A DNA stretch of 64,000 nt, taken from the NCBI GenBank assembly GCA_965204235.1, contig OZ241979.1, positions 3,109,902 through 3,173,901 on the forward strand. The letters are read 5' to 3'. Origin of the DNA: an uncultured Candidatus Binatia bacterium. Its GTDB lineage: Bacteria; Desulfobacterota; Binatia; UBA9968; JAJDTQ01. The notes below the pieces were generated by a model that was given only the letters and a program-made list of their open reading frames with translations, was not told where the DNA came from and did not search any database. Positions 1-13,127 of the stretch are shown here, one piece after another (the stretch's first letter is position 1; every line of letters begins with the position of its first letter). The position numbers were made by a program, and so were the translations under genes.

Positions 1-1
1 G

Positions 2-472
2 AAGGAGGCATCCCGGGTCCTGGGCATGCATTTCTTCAACCCTGCGCCGCTCATGGCGTTGGTGGAGGTGGTGCAGGGGGAGTTGACCGGCGCCGGGGCC
101 GTGGCCAAGGCCGTGGACCTGGCGAGGAAGCTCGGCAAGACCCCGGTCCGCGCCAAGGACACGCCGGGGTTCATCGTCAACCGCATCGCCCGGCCGTTCT
201 ACAACGAGGCCCTGCGCATCCTGACCGAGGGCGGCGTGGACGTGGAGACCGTGGACCGGGTCATGCGGGAGTCCGGCGGCTTTCGCATGGGTCCGTTCGA
301 GCTCCAGGACCTGATCGGCATCGACATCAACTTCACCGCCACCGAGACCCTCTACCGGGCCTTCTTCGAAGACCCGCGCTTCCGGCCGAGTCCGCTGCAG
401 CAGAAGCTCTACCTGGCCGGCCACCTGGGACGAAAGACCGGAAAGGGTTTCTACGATTATGGATCCCGGTAG
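2..472 (+). CDS. 3-hydroxyacyl-CoA (3-hydroxybutyryl-CoA) dehydrogenase, C-terminal part; 5' end lies outside the window
   Basis: Frame is open from the window start. The translation (…[23 protein letters not shown]…[13 protein letters not shown]…) is the typical 3HCDH C-terminal dimerisation domain. Confidence 0.8.
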   Translation, partial: KEASRVLGMHFFNPAPLMALVEVVQGELTGAGAVAKAVDLARKLGKTPVRAKDTPGFIVNRIARPFYNEALRILTEGGVDVETVDRVMRESGGFRMGPFELQDLIGIDINFTATETLYRAFFEDPRFRPSPLQQKLYLAGHLGRKTGKGFYDYGSR

Positions 473-1208
473 CGTGGCGATCCTCGGCGATAACCGTCTG
501 GCCGAGGACTGGCATCGGCTCGCGCACGACCGGGGCCTGACCGCGGCCCGGTGCGCCCGGGCGGACGAGGTGGACCCGGCCACGGAGGCAGTGGTGGAGA
601 CCCTGGCCCACGGGCGGGAAGGCAAGCGGCGACTCCTGGAGGAGATCGACGCCGCGGTCCCGGGCGCGGCGCTGGTGATGACCTCGTGCCTCCGCTGGTC
701 CGCGGCCACCATCGCCTCCTGGAGCCGCCGGCCGGAAAGGATCGTCGGTTTCGCCACGTTCCATCCACTGGCCCGGCGCAACGTCATCGAACTGGCCCGG
801 GGACTCGACACCGGCGACGAAGCCTTCGCGTCCGCGGAGTCCCTGGTCCGGCGCCTGGACAAGGAGAGCGCGGAAGTCAAGGACGCGCCCGGCCTCGTGT
901 TCCCCCGCATCCTGAGCCTCATCATCAACGAGGCCGCGCGCGGCCTGGACGAGGGAATCGCCACCGCGGAGGAGATCGACATCGCCCTCCGGCTGGGGAC
1001 CAACTACCCACAGGGGCCGCTTCGCTGGGCCGACGAGATCGGGCTGGACGAGGTCCTCGCGGTCCTCGAAGGGCTCCAGGAGGAGACCGGGGACGACCGC
1101 TATCGACCGGCGCCGCTGTTGCGGAAGATGGTGCGGTCCGGGCGCCTCGGGGAGACCGCGGGCCGGGGTTTCCACGACTATCCCGACGGGGAAGGCGCCA
1201 AACCTTGA
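459..1208 (+). CDS. 3-hydroxyacyl-CoA dehydrogenase family protein (second, divergent copy)
   Basis: 249-aa ORF with 3HCDH-like C-terminal motifs ([38 protein letters not shown]). The N-terminal NAD-binding motif is degenerate. It overlaps the previous gene by 14 nt. Confidence 0.6.
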   Translation: MDPGSVAILGDNRLAEDWHRLAHDRGLTAARCARADEVDPATEAVVETLAHGREGKRRLLEEIDAAVPGAALVMTSCLRWSAATIASWSRRPERIVGFATFHPLARRNVIELARGLDTGDEAFASAESLVRRLDKESAEVKDAPGLVFPRILSLIINEAARGLDEGIATAEEIDIALRLGTNYPQGPLRWADEIGLDEVLAVLEGLQEETGDDRYRPAPLLRKMVRSGRLGETAGRGFHDYPDGEGAKP

Positions 1209-1277
1209 CGGACGTGGCAAGATGTTGAAAAATAACGCAACCGGACTGCGGCGCCCCGCGCCGAGAGAAGGCAGGCC

Positions 1278-2480
1278 ATGCCCGAAGCGGTCATCATAGA
1301 CGCCGCCCGCACCCCCATGGGGCGCTACGGGGGCATCCTCAAGGACATCCGGCCGGACGACTTGGCGGCCCACGTCATCGCCCGGCTCATCGAGCGGAAC
1401 GGCGTCCGCAAGGAGGCGGTCGAGGACGTCATCCTGGGGTGCACCAACCAGGCCGGGGAGGACTGCCGCAACGTGGCCCGCAACGCGTCCCTTCTCGCGG
1501 GGCTTCCGGACTCGGTCCCCGGGGCCACCGTGAACCGCCTTTGCGGCTCCGGGCTGGAGGCCGTCAACCAGGCGGGCCGGGCCGTGGGCGCCGGGGAGGG
1601 AGACCTGTTCGTGGCCGGCGGGGTCGAGACCATGACCCGCGCTCCGCTGGTGATCCCCAAGGGCAACGTCCCGTTCGCGCGCGGCAACGTCACCGTATAT
1701 GACAGCGTGCTCGGCTGGCGCTTCCCGAACCCCCGCCTGGGCGAACTCTACCCGCTCGTCAGCCTCGGCGAGACCGCGGAGAACGTGGCGGAGAAGTATT
1801 CGGTCACCCGCGAGCAACAGGACGCGTTCGGACTCAGGAGCCACCGCAACGCCGTGGCGGCCGCGGAGGCGGGCCGGCTGGACGACGAGATGATCCCGGT
1901 GGAGGCGCCCCAACGGCGCGGCGGCCCGGTGGTCCACGACCGCGACGAAGGCCCGCGGCCGGACACCACACTGGAGCAACTCGCGGCCTTGAGACCCGCC
2001 TTCGTCGAGGACGGCACCGTGACCGCGGGCAACTCGTCGCCCCTGTCCGACGGCGCCGCGGTCCTGGTCGTGGCGTCGCGGGAGAGGGCCGCGGCCCTGA
2101 AGCTGAGACCCATGGTGCGGATCGTCGCTTCGGCGGTGGCCGGGGTCGATCCGGCCTTCATGGGCATCGGACCCATTCCGGCCAGCCGCAAGGCCCTCGA
2201 TCGGGCCGGACTCACTGCGGACCGACTGGACCTGGTGGAGCTCAACGAGGCGTTCGCGTCCCAGTCGCTGGCCTGCGTCAGGGAGCTCGACCTGGACCCT
2301 GACAAGGTCAACGTGAACGGCGGCGCCATCGCCCTCGGACACCCACTCGGTTGCAGCGGCGCGAGGATCCTGACCACGTTGGTCCACGAGATGAAGCGGC
2401 GCGGCAGCCGTTACGGCATGGCGGCCATGTGCATCGGCGTGGGACAGGGAATCGCCACCATCGTGGAACGGGCGGACTAG
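1278..2480 (+). CDS. acetyl-CoA C-acyltransferase (thiolase), beta-ketoadipyl-CoA thiolase-like
   Basis: 400 aa. It has the thiolase signatures NRLCGSGLEAV (active-site Cys), C-terminal GHPLGCSGARI and CIGVGQG. Confidence 0.9.
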   Translation: MPEAVIIDAARTPMGRYGGILKDIRPDDLAAHVIARLIERNGVRKEAVEDVILGCTNQAGEDCRNVARNASLLAGLPDSVPGATVNRLCGSGLEAVNQAGRAVGAGEGDLFVAGGVETMTRAPLVIPKGNVPFARGNVTVYDSVLGWRFPNPRLGELYPLVSLGETAENVAEKYSVTREQQDAFGLRSHRNAVAAAEAGRLDDEMIPVEAPQRRGGPVVHDRDEGPRPDTTLEQLAALRPAFVEDGTVTAGNSSPLSDGAAVLVVASRERAAALKLRPMVRIVASAVAGVDPAFMGIGPIPASRKALDRAGLTADRLDLVELNEAFASQSLACVRELDLDPDKVNVNGGAIALGHPLGCSGARILTTLVHEMKRRGSRYGMAAMCIGVGQGIATIVERAD

Positions 2481-2506
2481 CGCGCCTGCCCACCGGCGGC
2501 CTCTCC

Positions 2507-5134
2507 ATGAGAAAGACGGCTTCCATCCTCCTGGCTCTCCTGTCCCTGGCGGCGGTCCTCGCCGTGGCCGCGGTGGTGGGGCTGCAAACGCTGCTGGACA
2601 ACCGCAAGGAGTCCATACGCCGACAGGTCGAGAGCGCCCTCGGCCACCCCGTGGCGTTCGAGTCCATACGCCTGAACTTCCCCAGACGGCTGGGGGCCCT
2701 CAGCGCCACGGTGACCGACTTGCGGGTGGCCGACGACCCGCGGTTCGCGGCGACCCCGCTGGTCCATGCCAACGAGCTCACGGTTTCCGTGGGATGGCTG
2801 TCGCTCCTCACCGGCGGCTCCACGGCCTCCGACGTGGTGGACGTCGTCCTCCACCAGCCGGAGATCCAGGTCATCCGCAACGAGTACGGCGACCTCAACT
2901 TCCTCACGCCGGCACAGCCGTTGCTCGCGGGCTTCCGGTTGGCCCGGCGCGCCGCGGCCGCGGTCCGGGTGGACCGCGGGAAACTCCATTTCATCGACCG
3001 GTCGTCGGACGAGCCCGAAGATCTGCGTCTGCACCACCTCGACGCAACGCTTCGATGGTCGGGGAAGCAGAACCTGTACCTGGACATCTCCGGAACGCTG
3101 GAACCGGACGAAGGACTTCCGTTCTCGGTGACGGGGACCGTGGGCGCCTCACGGCCGCTGGCGGACTGGACCGGAAACGCCGTGGACTTGGAGGTGCGCG
3201 CGGCGTCCCTGCCCGAAGCCCTGGCGGCGCGCGTCTGGAAGCTACTGGAACCGAACCTGCCGCCCTACTTCCGCCCCTCGGGACCCCTGACTGTCAACGC
3301 ACGGGTGTCGGGCAGTTTCCGCCGACCGCGCGTATCGCAGATGAGCGTAACCGGATCCCTGCTCGGCGGGGCGGCCGGGAACGCCCGGGTCACCGGCGAG
3401 GTGGACTTCTCGCAGGCCGCGTCGTGGGACCGGGGCCGCGTCCGGGCGAAGGTCCGACTGGGACCGGTGGACCTGGACCAGCTCAGGCGGATCCCCTGGG
3501 TGGACCGCATGGCGCCTTCGGGGTTGGCGGTCCACGAGCCGCTGAACCTGTCCGGCGTCGTCGAAGGCGCCCTGGACGACTTGAAGGTCCGGGCTTCGGT
3601 GACGGCCGACGCCAACGCCGTCCGGTACGGCCAATGGCTCGACAAGCCTCCGGGAGTGCCGGCCGCGTTGACCGTGGCGGTGCAGTTGCGCGGCGACCGA
3701 CTGGTCATCCACGAGTCCAGGGTCCGACTCCGGGACGGCGAGGCCACGTTCTCGGGCGCGGTTGACAGGGACCGCGTGTTCCGGCTGCGCGTGGAGACCG
3801 GCGACGCGGCGCTGGGGGAGTGGGCGGCGCTGGCGCCCGCGGCGGCCGGATACGAGATCGACGGCACGGTCAACGCCAGCCTTTCACTGGCAAGGAAGCT
3901 GACGCCCCGGAACGAGCCTCCCACGCTCACGGGCAGCCTCCGGTTCGCCGACGTCCGCATCGCCGGCGCCCCCGGGACCCGCGGGACCATCCAGGGACTC
4001 CGGGGGAAGTTGGAGTTCCTCGGCAACGACGTGGAGATCCCCGACCTCCGGTTGCGCTCGGGCCTGTCGGACTTCCGGCTCCAGGGACTCGTGACGGACC
4101 TAGCCCGACCCACCCTCCACTACCGTGTCCGGTCCAACCTGCTGAACCTGGCCGACGTGACCGGCGACACCGCGCACCGGGCGGACTCCTTCAGCGACGT
4201 GGTGAGCATCGGGACGGCCGAGCTCCACGACGAAGCGTTGTCGGTCGAGGGACGAGTCGCCTCGAGCAACGGCCGGTTCAAGGGAGTCGCCTACCGCGGC
4301 CTCGAGGGACGGATGCACTGGACCCGCGGCGGCCTGGAGGTCGAGAAACTCTCGGTCGAAGCCCTCGGAGGCAGGATACGGGGGCGCGGCGCGGTCACGA
4401 ACCGTAACGGCCAGCGCTTCGACTTCGAACTGGCCCCCGTGCTGGAGGACTTGGACGTACGGAGCATCCTGGCCCTGCTCCACAAGGGTCCGACGGAGCC
4501 CGTCCAAGGGCGCCTCGACCTGGATGGACGGTTCACGGGTTCCGGCAAGGACTGGCCGTCCATCGCGCAGGACCTGGAGGGACACGGCCGCGCCGCCCTG
4601 TCCAAGGGAGTCCTCGGCCACTTCAACCCCGTGCGCGGCGTGCTCGCCGCCATGGGCGCCGTCGAGGGCATCGACAGCATCGACTCCGCGGGACCTGCGT
4701 TCAACTCGCTGGTGCGCGGCGAGCGGGTGTCGTTCGACCGCGTGGAGGGGACGTTCACCATCGGCAATGGCCGCCTTCGGAGCGATGACCTGCTGTTGAC
4801 CGCGGACGAATACAGCATCGTCGGCAAAGGCTGGGCGGACCACGACGGCGGCGTGGACCTGCACGCCACCCTCGTCCTCTCCGCCGACTTCTCGCGCGAC
4901 CTGAGCGGGCGATACCGCAACGTCCGCTACCTCTTCGATGCGGACGGCATCAGCGTGCCCTTCCGACTCGCCGGAAACGTCCCCGACGTCGCCATCCGGC
5001 CCGACGTGCTGCAGATCACGCGCTACATGTACGACAAGTTCGCCGAACAGAGGGGACCGAGGGAGGAGCGCGACGAGGGGTTCCTCCACTGGTGGGAGAG
5101 CGTGAGGAAAGGCTTCCGCGAGCTGCTGCGCTGA
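2507..5134 (+). CDS. AsmA family outer-membrane assembly protein (DUF748/AsmA-like)
   Basis: The ATG at 2507 gives an N-terminus MRKTASILLALLSLAAVLAVAAVVG (signal or anchor). The protein is about 875 aa, repetitive, beta-rich and Gly/Arg-rich, typical of the AsmA/TamB-like family. Confidence 0.65.
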   Translation: MRKTASILLALLSLAAVLAVAAVVGLQTLLDNRKESIRRQVESALGHPVAFESIRLNFPRRLGALSATVTDLRVADDPRFAATPLVHANELTVSVGWLSLLTGGSTASDVVDVVLHQPEIQVIRNEYGDLNFLTPAQPLLAGFRLARRAAAAVRVDRGKLHFIDRSSDEPEDLRLHHLDATLRWSGKQNLYLDISGTLEPDEGLPFSVTGTVGASRPLADWTGNAVDLEVRAASLPEALAARVWKLLEPNLPPYFRPSGPLTVNARVSGSFRRPRVSQMSVTGSLLGGAAGNARVTGEVDFSQAASWDRGRVRAKVRLGPVDLDQLRRIPWVDRMAPSGLAVHEPLNLSGVVEGALDDLKVRASVTADANAVRYGQWLDKPPGVPAALTVAVQLRGDRLVIHESRVRLRDGEATFSGAVDRDRVFRLRVETGDAALGEWAALAPAAAGYEIDGTVNASLSLARKLTPRNEPPTLTGSLRFADVRIAGAPGTRGTIQGLRGKLEFLGNDVEIPDLRLRSGLSDFRLQGLVTDLARPTLHYRVRSNLLNLADVTGDTAHRADSFSDVVSIGTAELHDEALSVEGRVASSNGRFKGVAYRGLEGRMHWTRGGLEVEKLSVEALGGRIRGRGAVTNRNGQRFDFELAPVLEDLDVRSILALLHKGPTEPVQGRLDLDGRFTGSGKDWPSIAQDLEGHGRAALSKGVLGHFNPVRGVLAAMGAVEGIDSIDSAGPAFNSLVRGERVSFDRVEGTFTIGNGRLRSDDLLLTADEYSIVGKGWADHDGGVDLHATLVLSADFSRDLSGRYRNVRYLFDADGISVPFRLAGNVPDVAIRPDVLQITRYMYDKFAEQRGPREERDEGFLHWWESVRKGFRELLR

Positions 5135-5237
5135 GCGCCGTCCCCCGTCCGCCGTCCACCATCCGCCTCCCGACCCGCCTCCCCGACGCCGGCGAGGAGC
5201 GCGAACCAACGTAGCCGCGGCGACCGCACCCCCTCCC

Positions 5238-7358
<2,121 letters not shown>

Positions 7359-7373
7359 CCGCCGCGGCCGGGG

Positions 7374-8234
7374 TCAACCCCCCGTGGTCACCAGTATGAT
7401 GCCGACCACCACCAACACCGTCCCGAGGACGGTGGCCCGGGTGACCCGCTCCATGTCCCGGAGAAAGACCACGGTGCCCAGGAGGGTCCACATGGGCAGG
7501 GTGGCGGTGATGGGCGCGATGACCACCACGTCGCCATCCCGGAGGGCATAGAGGATGCCCGCGTTGGCCACCGCCTCGAAGAGCCCCGCGGCGAGGAAGG
7601 CCCGGAGCGCCCGCCGGTCCCAGACGTACCGTTGGGCCAACGCCGGGACCGCCTGGGCGACCCCCACCAGCGACAACCCCACCACGCCGATGACCGCGGC
7701 GAAGAACAGCGGCTCCGGCGAAAGAGTCAGGGCCGCCCGCCGAAGGGGGAAGGCGACGCCGGCCAGGAACGCCGCGGTCATGGGAAAGAGTACGTACCAA
7801 CCGGGGACCTCGAGCCGGACCCGGGACCCCTGCCAGGAGATCGCCGCAATGCCCGCGATGACCGTGGCGTTGCCCAGGAACAGGCGCAGCGTCAGGGTCT
7901 CTCCCAACAGCGCCACCGCGATGAGGCCCGCCCAGAAGGGATGGGTGGCGCGCAGCGAACCGCTGCGCGCCGCGCCGATCTTCTGCATGCCCAGGTAGGT
8001 CATCTGTCTCACGAACGGCTGGAAGCTGCCGGCCACCACGATCAACCCCAGGGCGGCCCGATCCAGTGCGGGCGCCCCGGTGACCCCGACCAAGGCGCAG
8101 AACGTCACGCTCTGGACCACCAGGGAGACCACGGTAACGGTGGCCGAGTTGGAGTACCGCAACCCCCGCCGCGCCGCCACGAAGCTGAGGGAGTAGAGGA
8201 CCGCGGCCAGGATGGCGGTGAGCTCAGGAGCCAC
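7374..8234 (-). CDS. DMT/EamA-family transporter
   Basis: 286 aa, about 10 predicted TM helices, two EamA-like halves. Probable GTG start at 8234. Confidence 0.7.
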   Translation of the reverse strand: MAPELTAILAAVLYSLSFVAARRGLRYSNSATVTVVSLVVQSVTFCALVGVTGAPALDRAALGLIVVAGSFQPFVRQMTYLGMQKIGAARSGSLRATHPFWAGLIAVALLGETLTLRLFLGNATVIAGIAAISWQGSRVRLEVPGWYVLFPMTAAFLAGVAFPLRRAALTLSPEPLFFAAVIGVVGLSLVGVAQAVPALAQRYVWDRRALRAFLAAGLFEAVANAGILYALRDGDVVVIAPITATLPMWTLLGTVVFLRDMERVTRATVLGTVLVVVGIILVTTGG

Positions 8235-8286
8235 AGAACGATTCGCCGAATGGCGTTACGGTACGTCCGAGTCGTACAACTCTACG

Positions 8287-8430
8287 AAAACCCTGAACGA
8301 TTGCCCTCGTTCGTCCTGAGCGTAGCGTAGCAAAAACCACCGTTCATCCTGAGCGTAGCGAAGCGAAGTCGAAGGACGCGCTTTCCCATAGGGAGAGGCG
8401 CCTTGAGCCGGAATGGATCAGAGGTTCCCT
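8287..8430 (+). repeat. dispersed ~110-bp intergenic repeat family, copy 1 (partial tandem duplication of the 5' half)
   Basis: Contains …GAAAACCCTGAACGATTGCCCTCGTTCGTCCTGAGCGTAGCG… followed by …CCGTTCATCCTGAGCGTAGCGAAGCGAAGTCGAAGGACGCGCTTTCCCATAGGGAGAGGCGCCTTGAGCCGGAATGGATCAGAGGTTCCC. The same unit recurs at 42150, 43440, 44990, 47578 and 60483. Confidence 0.8.
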
Positions 8431-8562
8431 ACAATACTTTCTGGATTCCTTGAAGATCGTGAAGTGAGGTGCTGCTTCGCCAAGTTTCGCGCATGTGACG
8501 ATGTGCCTGATGTCCATATTTTCGGGATACCGATACCAAAGGGAACTGGCAACATCTACGGT

Positions 8563-11500
8563 CTTCTGACCCCTCATGGGGAACGGTCACCTCACCGCGC
8601 CCCTGTCCCCGTCCCCCGGTGTGTACCTCCTAACCCCTCATGGGGAACGGTCACCCGCGTCGCGGAAGTACTGCGTCACCTCGTTACGCCCTCCTAACCC
8701 CTCATGGGGAACGGTCACCCCTGGCGCGATGATGGCCACCGGCCGCCCCGCGTGCTCCTAACCCCTCATGGGGAACGGTCACCTGGACCCTCCCCCTGCG
8801 GCGCTACCGCAGCGCCCTCTCCTAACCCCTCATGGGGAACGGTCACCTGGACCCTCCCCCTGCGGCGCTACCGCAGCGCCCTCTCCTAACCCCTCATGGG
8901 GAACGGTCACCGTCGGCGATCAGCCCTTCGACCTGCACGGTCTGCGACTCCTAACCCCTCATGGGGAACGGTCACCAGGAGCATCTGCGACTCCTGGCCG
9001 CGGAAGTCCACCTCCTAACCCCTCATGGGGAACGGTCACGGCACAGATCGCCTTCCACCGGCTGGCCCTGATGAGCTCCTAACCCCTCATGGGGAACGGT
9101 CACCCGACAGATCGATCTCCACCGGGACTGCCGACGCAACTCCTAACCCCTCATGGGGAACGGTCACCGCCGGTCACCCGGGCCATGACTCCCGTGGTGA
9201 GACGCTCCTAACCCCTCATGGGGAACGGTCACGCTACCAGGTCGGACGATGACCTCGGCTTCGGCGCCCTCCTAACCCCTCATGGGGAACGGTCACCTGG
9301 ATTTCGTATGCCTGCCCCTGGGTAAGTCCGGTCTCCTAACCCCTCATGGGGAACGGTCACGCGATACATATTGGCATTCTCTGTAATCTTTGCAGTAGCT
9401 CCTAACCCCTCATGGGGAACGGTCACCGCGGGCCAGGGGATGTCCGCGGGCCAGTGGTCGGACTCCTAACCCCTCATGGGGAACGGTCACTCTCGTGGCC
9501 CCGGACTCCACCGACTCCGTGACGCGCTCCTAACCCCTCATGGGGAACGGTCACCGGCACCCCGGCCAGGTGGAGGGCGTCCTCATGTCGGCTCCTAACC
9601 CCTCATGGGGAACGGTCACACATTTCCAGGTGCCCGGTCGCGGCCCGTCACAAGGCTCCTAACCCCTCATGGGGAACGGTCACCGGCAGCGGGTCCCGCG
9701 GCGTGGCTCGGACTGCTGCCTCCTAACCCCTCATGGGGAACGGTCACCGGCGTTGGTGGCGCGGGTGGACGAGCGGACCCGGATCTCCTAACCCCTCATG
9801 GGGAACGGTCACCGTATAGAACGACCCGTAGTTGGCAGGGGTGGTGACCAGCTCCTAACCCCTCATGGGGAACGGTCACTCGGACTCCTCCTTCTCCCGG
9901 TCCGCAGCATGGTTCTCCTAACCCCTCATGGGGAACGGTCACTCTCTCCTTTCGGGGGCGCACGGCCCCAGGTTGATGAACTCCTAACCCCTCATGGGGA
10001 ACGGTCACTCGTCCCATGCCCGCCTGACCTCGGAGTCCGTGTCCTCCTAACCCCTCATGGGGAACGGTCACTCCACAGTCCTGGGCCGGGACCTCCAGAG
10101 CTCCGTCTCCTAACCCCTCATGGGGAACGGTCACACTGATACCAGCGGCCGAGCGCCGCGTGGTCGATCTCTCCTAACCCCTCATGGGGAACGGTCACGG
10201 CTGGCCCCCCGAGCCAGGGCCGGGCTCCACGTGTCTCCTAACCCCTCATGGGGAACGGTCACCCCACGCCTCGTCGCGCTCGGCCGCGGACACGTCCAGC
10301 TCCTAACCCCTCATGGGGAACGGTCACCGGCCCGGCCAGTTGCTCCGTCAGGGCCTCGTCGAGCTCCTAACCCCTCATGGGGAACGGTCACGGGTCTCGG
10401 TCACCATGGCCCGGCCCACGTCGTCCAGCTCCTAACCCCTCATGGGGAACGGTCACACGACCGAATGCTGCGCCGACGAATGCCAGAGATACTCCTAACC
10501 CCTCATGGGGAACGGTCACACGGCGGACCTGGAAGACTTGGACCGCCAGATCGACCTCCTAACCCCTCATGGGGAACGGTCACTGGAAAGTTCGTCCGGG
10601 CGTCCCGAAGGGAGAACTCTCCTAACCCCTCATGGGGAACGGTCACACGGCCTGGCGGAGGTCGCCGAGCCGCTCGACCATCTCCTAACCCCTCATGGGG
10701 AACGGTCACCCCTTCCGCGTCCTTGACATGCAGCGCGGCGATAACCTCCTAACCCCTCATGGGGAACGGTCACTCCACGCTAGTCGGGCAGTATCTGTCC
10801 ATCGACTATCTCCTAACCCCTCATGGGGAACGGTCACGTTAGCAGGTGAGAGGGTTACTGAGGGTAGGGACAACTCCTAACCCCTCATGGGGAACGGTCA
10901 CCGCCCTCGGCCCTGCGCACAGGTCTGGATGAGATGCTCCTAACCCCTCATGGGGAACGGTCACTTGTACGCACCCCTGTGCTCCCTGGTGGGAGAGGGA
11001 CTCCTAACCCCTCATGGGGAACGGTCACCGGGTGGCGTGCCAGTCTCCCCGCGTCCGGTCCGTCTCCTAACCCCTCATGGGGAACGGTCACCGTCCTGGC
11101 GCAGCAGCTCGAGCTCCGGAGGGAGGACTCCTAACCCCTCATGGGGAACGGTCACAGGTGCTCACGTCCTGCTGCGAGGAGAGGGCCGAGTCTCCTAACC
11201 CCTCATGGGGAACGGTCACCGGAGCCTATCGGTGGACGGCGCGCGGCCAGTAGCTCCTAACCCCTCATGGGGAACGGTCACGACCCGGAGATGCCGACGC
11301 TCCTCGAGGGGTATCGCTCTCCTAACCCCTCATGGGGAACGGTCACTCGCTGGCGCTGGTGCTGCGGGGGATCCGGGAGGTCTCCTAACCCCTCATGGGG
11401 AACGGTCACCCGGCCGGGGGACAGCGTGGAGATCGACGACGAGGTCTCCTAACCCCTCATGGGGAACGGTCACTCCACGTTTAGGAGTTCGCGCGCCTCG

Positions 11501-11728
11501 AGATAATCCTCCTAACCCCTCATGGGGAACGGTCACTGTACTATCAGTCGTATTCCTTGCAGAATGCGGAGGCTCCTAACCCCTCATGGGGAACGGTCAC
11601 CCTGGAGCGTGACCCGGTGGCGCACGTGCTTTCCAACTCCTAACCCCTCATGGGGAACGGTCACCGGCGCCTCGCACGCGCAATCGTCCAGGCACGCTTC
11701 CTCCTAACCCCTCATGGGGAACGGTCAC
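8563..11728 (-). CRISPR. CRISPR array with 50 repeats and 49 spacers. The repeat is CTCCTAACCCCTCATGGGGAACGGTCAC on the + strand (28 bp; transcribed orientation GTGACCGTTCCCCATGAGGGGTTAGGAG). Spacers are 35–39 bp.
   Basis: Repeats found by eye at 8563, 8627, 8691, 8755, 8819, 8883, 8948, 9012, … 11573, 11637 and 11701, about 64 bp apart. The distal repeat at 8563 is degenerate (CTTCTGACCCC…). The leader-proximal end abuts cas2. The repeat has a GTTCCCC-ATGA-GGGG hairpin. Confidence 0.97.
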
Positions 11729-11849
11729 CCCTAGAAAAACAATACCTTGGCGCTCTTGAGGCTTGCTTGCTACCTTCGTTATTGGCCTAAAACTACGTAT
11801 CTTCGCTACGCAGGCAGCCCTTGCCGACACCACCGCCACGAGTAGAAGG
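11729..11849 (-). promoter_or_regulatory. CRISPR leader, AT-richer than the surroundings, between the last repeat and the cas2 stop
   Basis: Sequence ccctagaaaaacaataccttggcgctcttgaggcttgcttgctaccttcgttattggcctaaaactacgtatc… shows a local GC drop. It sits between cas2 (minus strand, transcribed toward the array) and the newest repeat. Confidence 0.55.
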
Positions 11850-12149
11850 TCACAGCACCTCCGTATCATAGATGTGATGCGTATGCGGTTGCGCCTCCAA
11901 GATCCCATTCCCTGCGTTCTTGCGCAATAAAGACACCTCGACGTTGTGTCTGTTCTTGGAAACCACCTCCATGATATCATCCTCGGGCTGCGCGATGGCG
12001 GCAACCTCGCTCCGCAGTCTCTTGAGATCGGAGGCCGTCAAGTTGCCTGCGAATACGGATCTTTGCTCATGCACCAAATATCTCGAGAGCAACTTGCGGA
12101 ACGCTTCTGTTCTGTCGGCGCAGACATCGTAGGCAACCAACACGTACAT
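11850..12149 (-). CDS. cas2: CRISPR-associated endoribonuclease Cas2
   Basis: 99 aa, MYVLVAYDV…, characteristic Cas2 N-terminus and size. Immediately downstream of cas1. Confidence 0.9.
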   Translation of the reverse strand: MYVLVAYDVCADRTEAFRKLLSRYLVHEQRSVFAGNLTASDLKRLRSEVAAIAQPEDDIMEVVSKNRHNVEVSLLRKNAGNGILEAQPHTHHIYDTEVL

Positions 12150-12152
12150 AAT

Positions 12153-13127
12153 CTAAACCTTGCGCTGCCAGGGTTGGAATGGTTCGATCGAAAGAAAATG
12201 GCGTTCAAGGGCGAACGCCTGATCTCGAACAAGACGTCTCAAGGACGCACGGCCATCGGAGATCGTCTCTGTCTTCGACACCCACGCCTTGATCGTTGCC
12301 TGTTTCCCGGAGGGCGTCAGGCGACATACGCCTTCTTCCTGATGAAACCAGTTCGCTCTGAGGCGGTCCCGGAGCACGACTTCAAATACAAGGGTATCGC
12401 AAATAGCCGGTTTGAATATCTCCGACAAGTCCAAACCCAGAGAGTGGCGGGCGTCTCTCGGTGAGTGAAGAAAGGAAATGCTGTCGTCCAGATGTGTTTT
12501 GCCGATCTCGTTCCTGGCCATGGCATAAGCCAGGCCGTTGAACCAAGAGATCAGGCAATTGACGGGATTGTTCGGCGGTCTCCGGTGGCGCGGAGTGAAA
12601 TCCAAACGTTTGTCGATAACTGCCCACGACTGGTAGTACCAGCCTCTCGCGTTGCCTTCGAAGCCCATCAATTCCGCGGTCGACTGTGCCGTTTTCAAGC
12701 TGTGGGACAAGTCCTGAAGCTTGGCAATAAACTCGTCGAGATCGCGGTTGCCGCGATAGGATCTGTAACGGAGATTGGTGATCATGTTGCCGATAGCGCC
12801 GGAAACGAACACTCTAGCCAAGTGCATCTTCTTCTCGTCGTCCAGTGCGTGGTTGGCTTGAGCCAAATGGACACGTCCGGATGATGGAGACCCCGCGGGT
12901 TCAAATGTACCAGTCACGTTGCCGTACCAATCGAGGATGGAAACGCGGACCCCGGCCCTGCCAAGGAGATTGAGCAGACTGGTTGTCATGCCGGCTTCCC
13001 CCGCTACAATCACGTGCTGAAGACCGGCGATGGGAATCCGTCGCTTCGACTCACCGCAGGCCTGAACGAGTAGAGTCGAACCTTCTCGGGACAGCTTGGC
13101 GTCCCTGGTGAGATAGAGTGTTTCCAT
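12153..13127 (-). CDS. cas1: CRISPR-associated integrase Cas1
   Basis: Start METLYLTRD at 13127 (the annotated ORF extends to 13169). Cas1-like throughout (…LVQACGESKRRIPIAGLQHVIVAGEAGMTTSLLNLL…). Its ATG overlaps the TGA of cas4 by 1 nt. Confidence 0.9.
   Translation of the reverse strand: METLYLTRDAKLSREGSTLLVQACGESKRRIPIAGLQHVIVAGEAGMTTSLLNLLGRAGVRVSILDWYGNVTGTFEPAGSPSSGRVHLAQANHALDDEKKMHLARVFVSGAIGNMITNLRYRSYRGNRDLDEFIAKLQDLSHSLKTAQSTAELMGFEGNARGWYYQSWAVIDKRLDFTPRHRRPPNNPVNCLISWFNGLAYAMARNEIGKTHLDDSISFLHSPRDARHSLGLDLSEIFKPAICDTLVFEVVLRDRLRANWFHQEEGVCRLTPSGKQATIKAWVSKTETISDGRASLRRLVRDQAFALERHFLSIEPFQPWQRKV

Noticed and set aside
333-2387. 684-aa and other long ORFs antisense to or overlapping the hbd/thiolase genes (for example 551..1228, 1748..2377, 2308..3087)
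   Set aside because: GC-driven open frames with R/G/P-rich nonsense translations. The sense-strand genes have strong family signatures.
8344-8577. Small ORFs (8344..8577, 8413..8697) and the …FVLSVA… peptides recurring at 42024, 44909, 47048 and 47443
   Set aside because: They lie on the dispersed repeat units. The recurrence of the peptide comes from repeat-sequence identity, not from a conserved protein.
8576-11707. Dozens of 60–210-aa ORFs starting MGNGH… and containing LLTPHGERS / PNPSWGTVT
   Set aside because: These are translations of the 28-bp CRISPR repeat in different frames, not genes.
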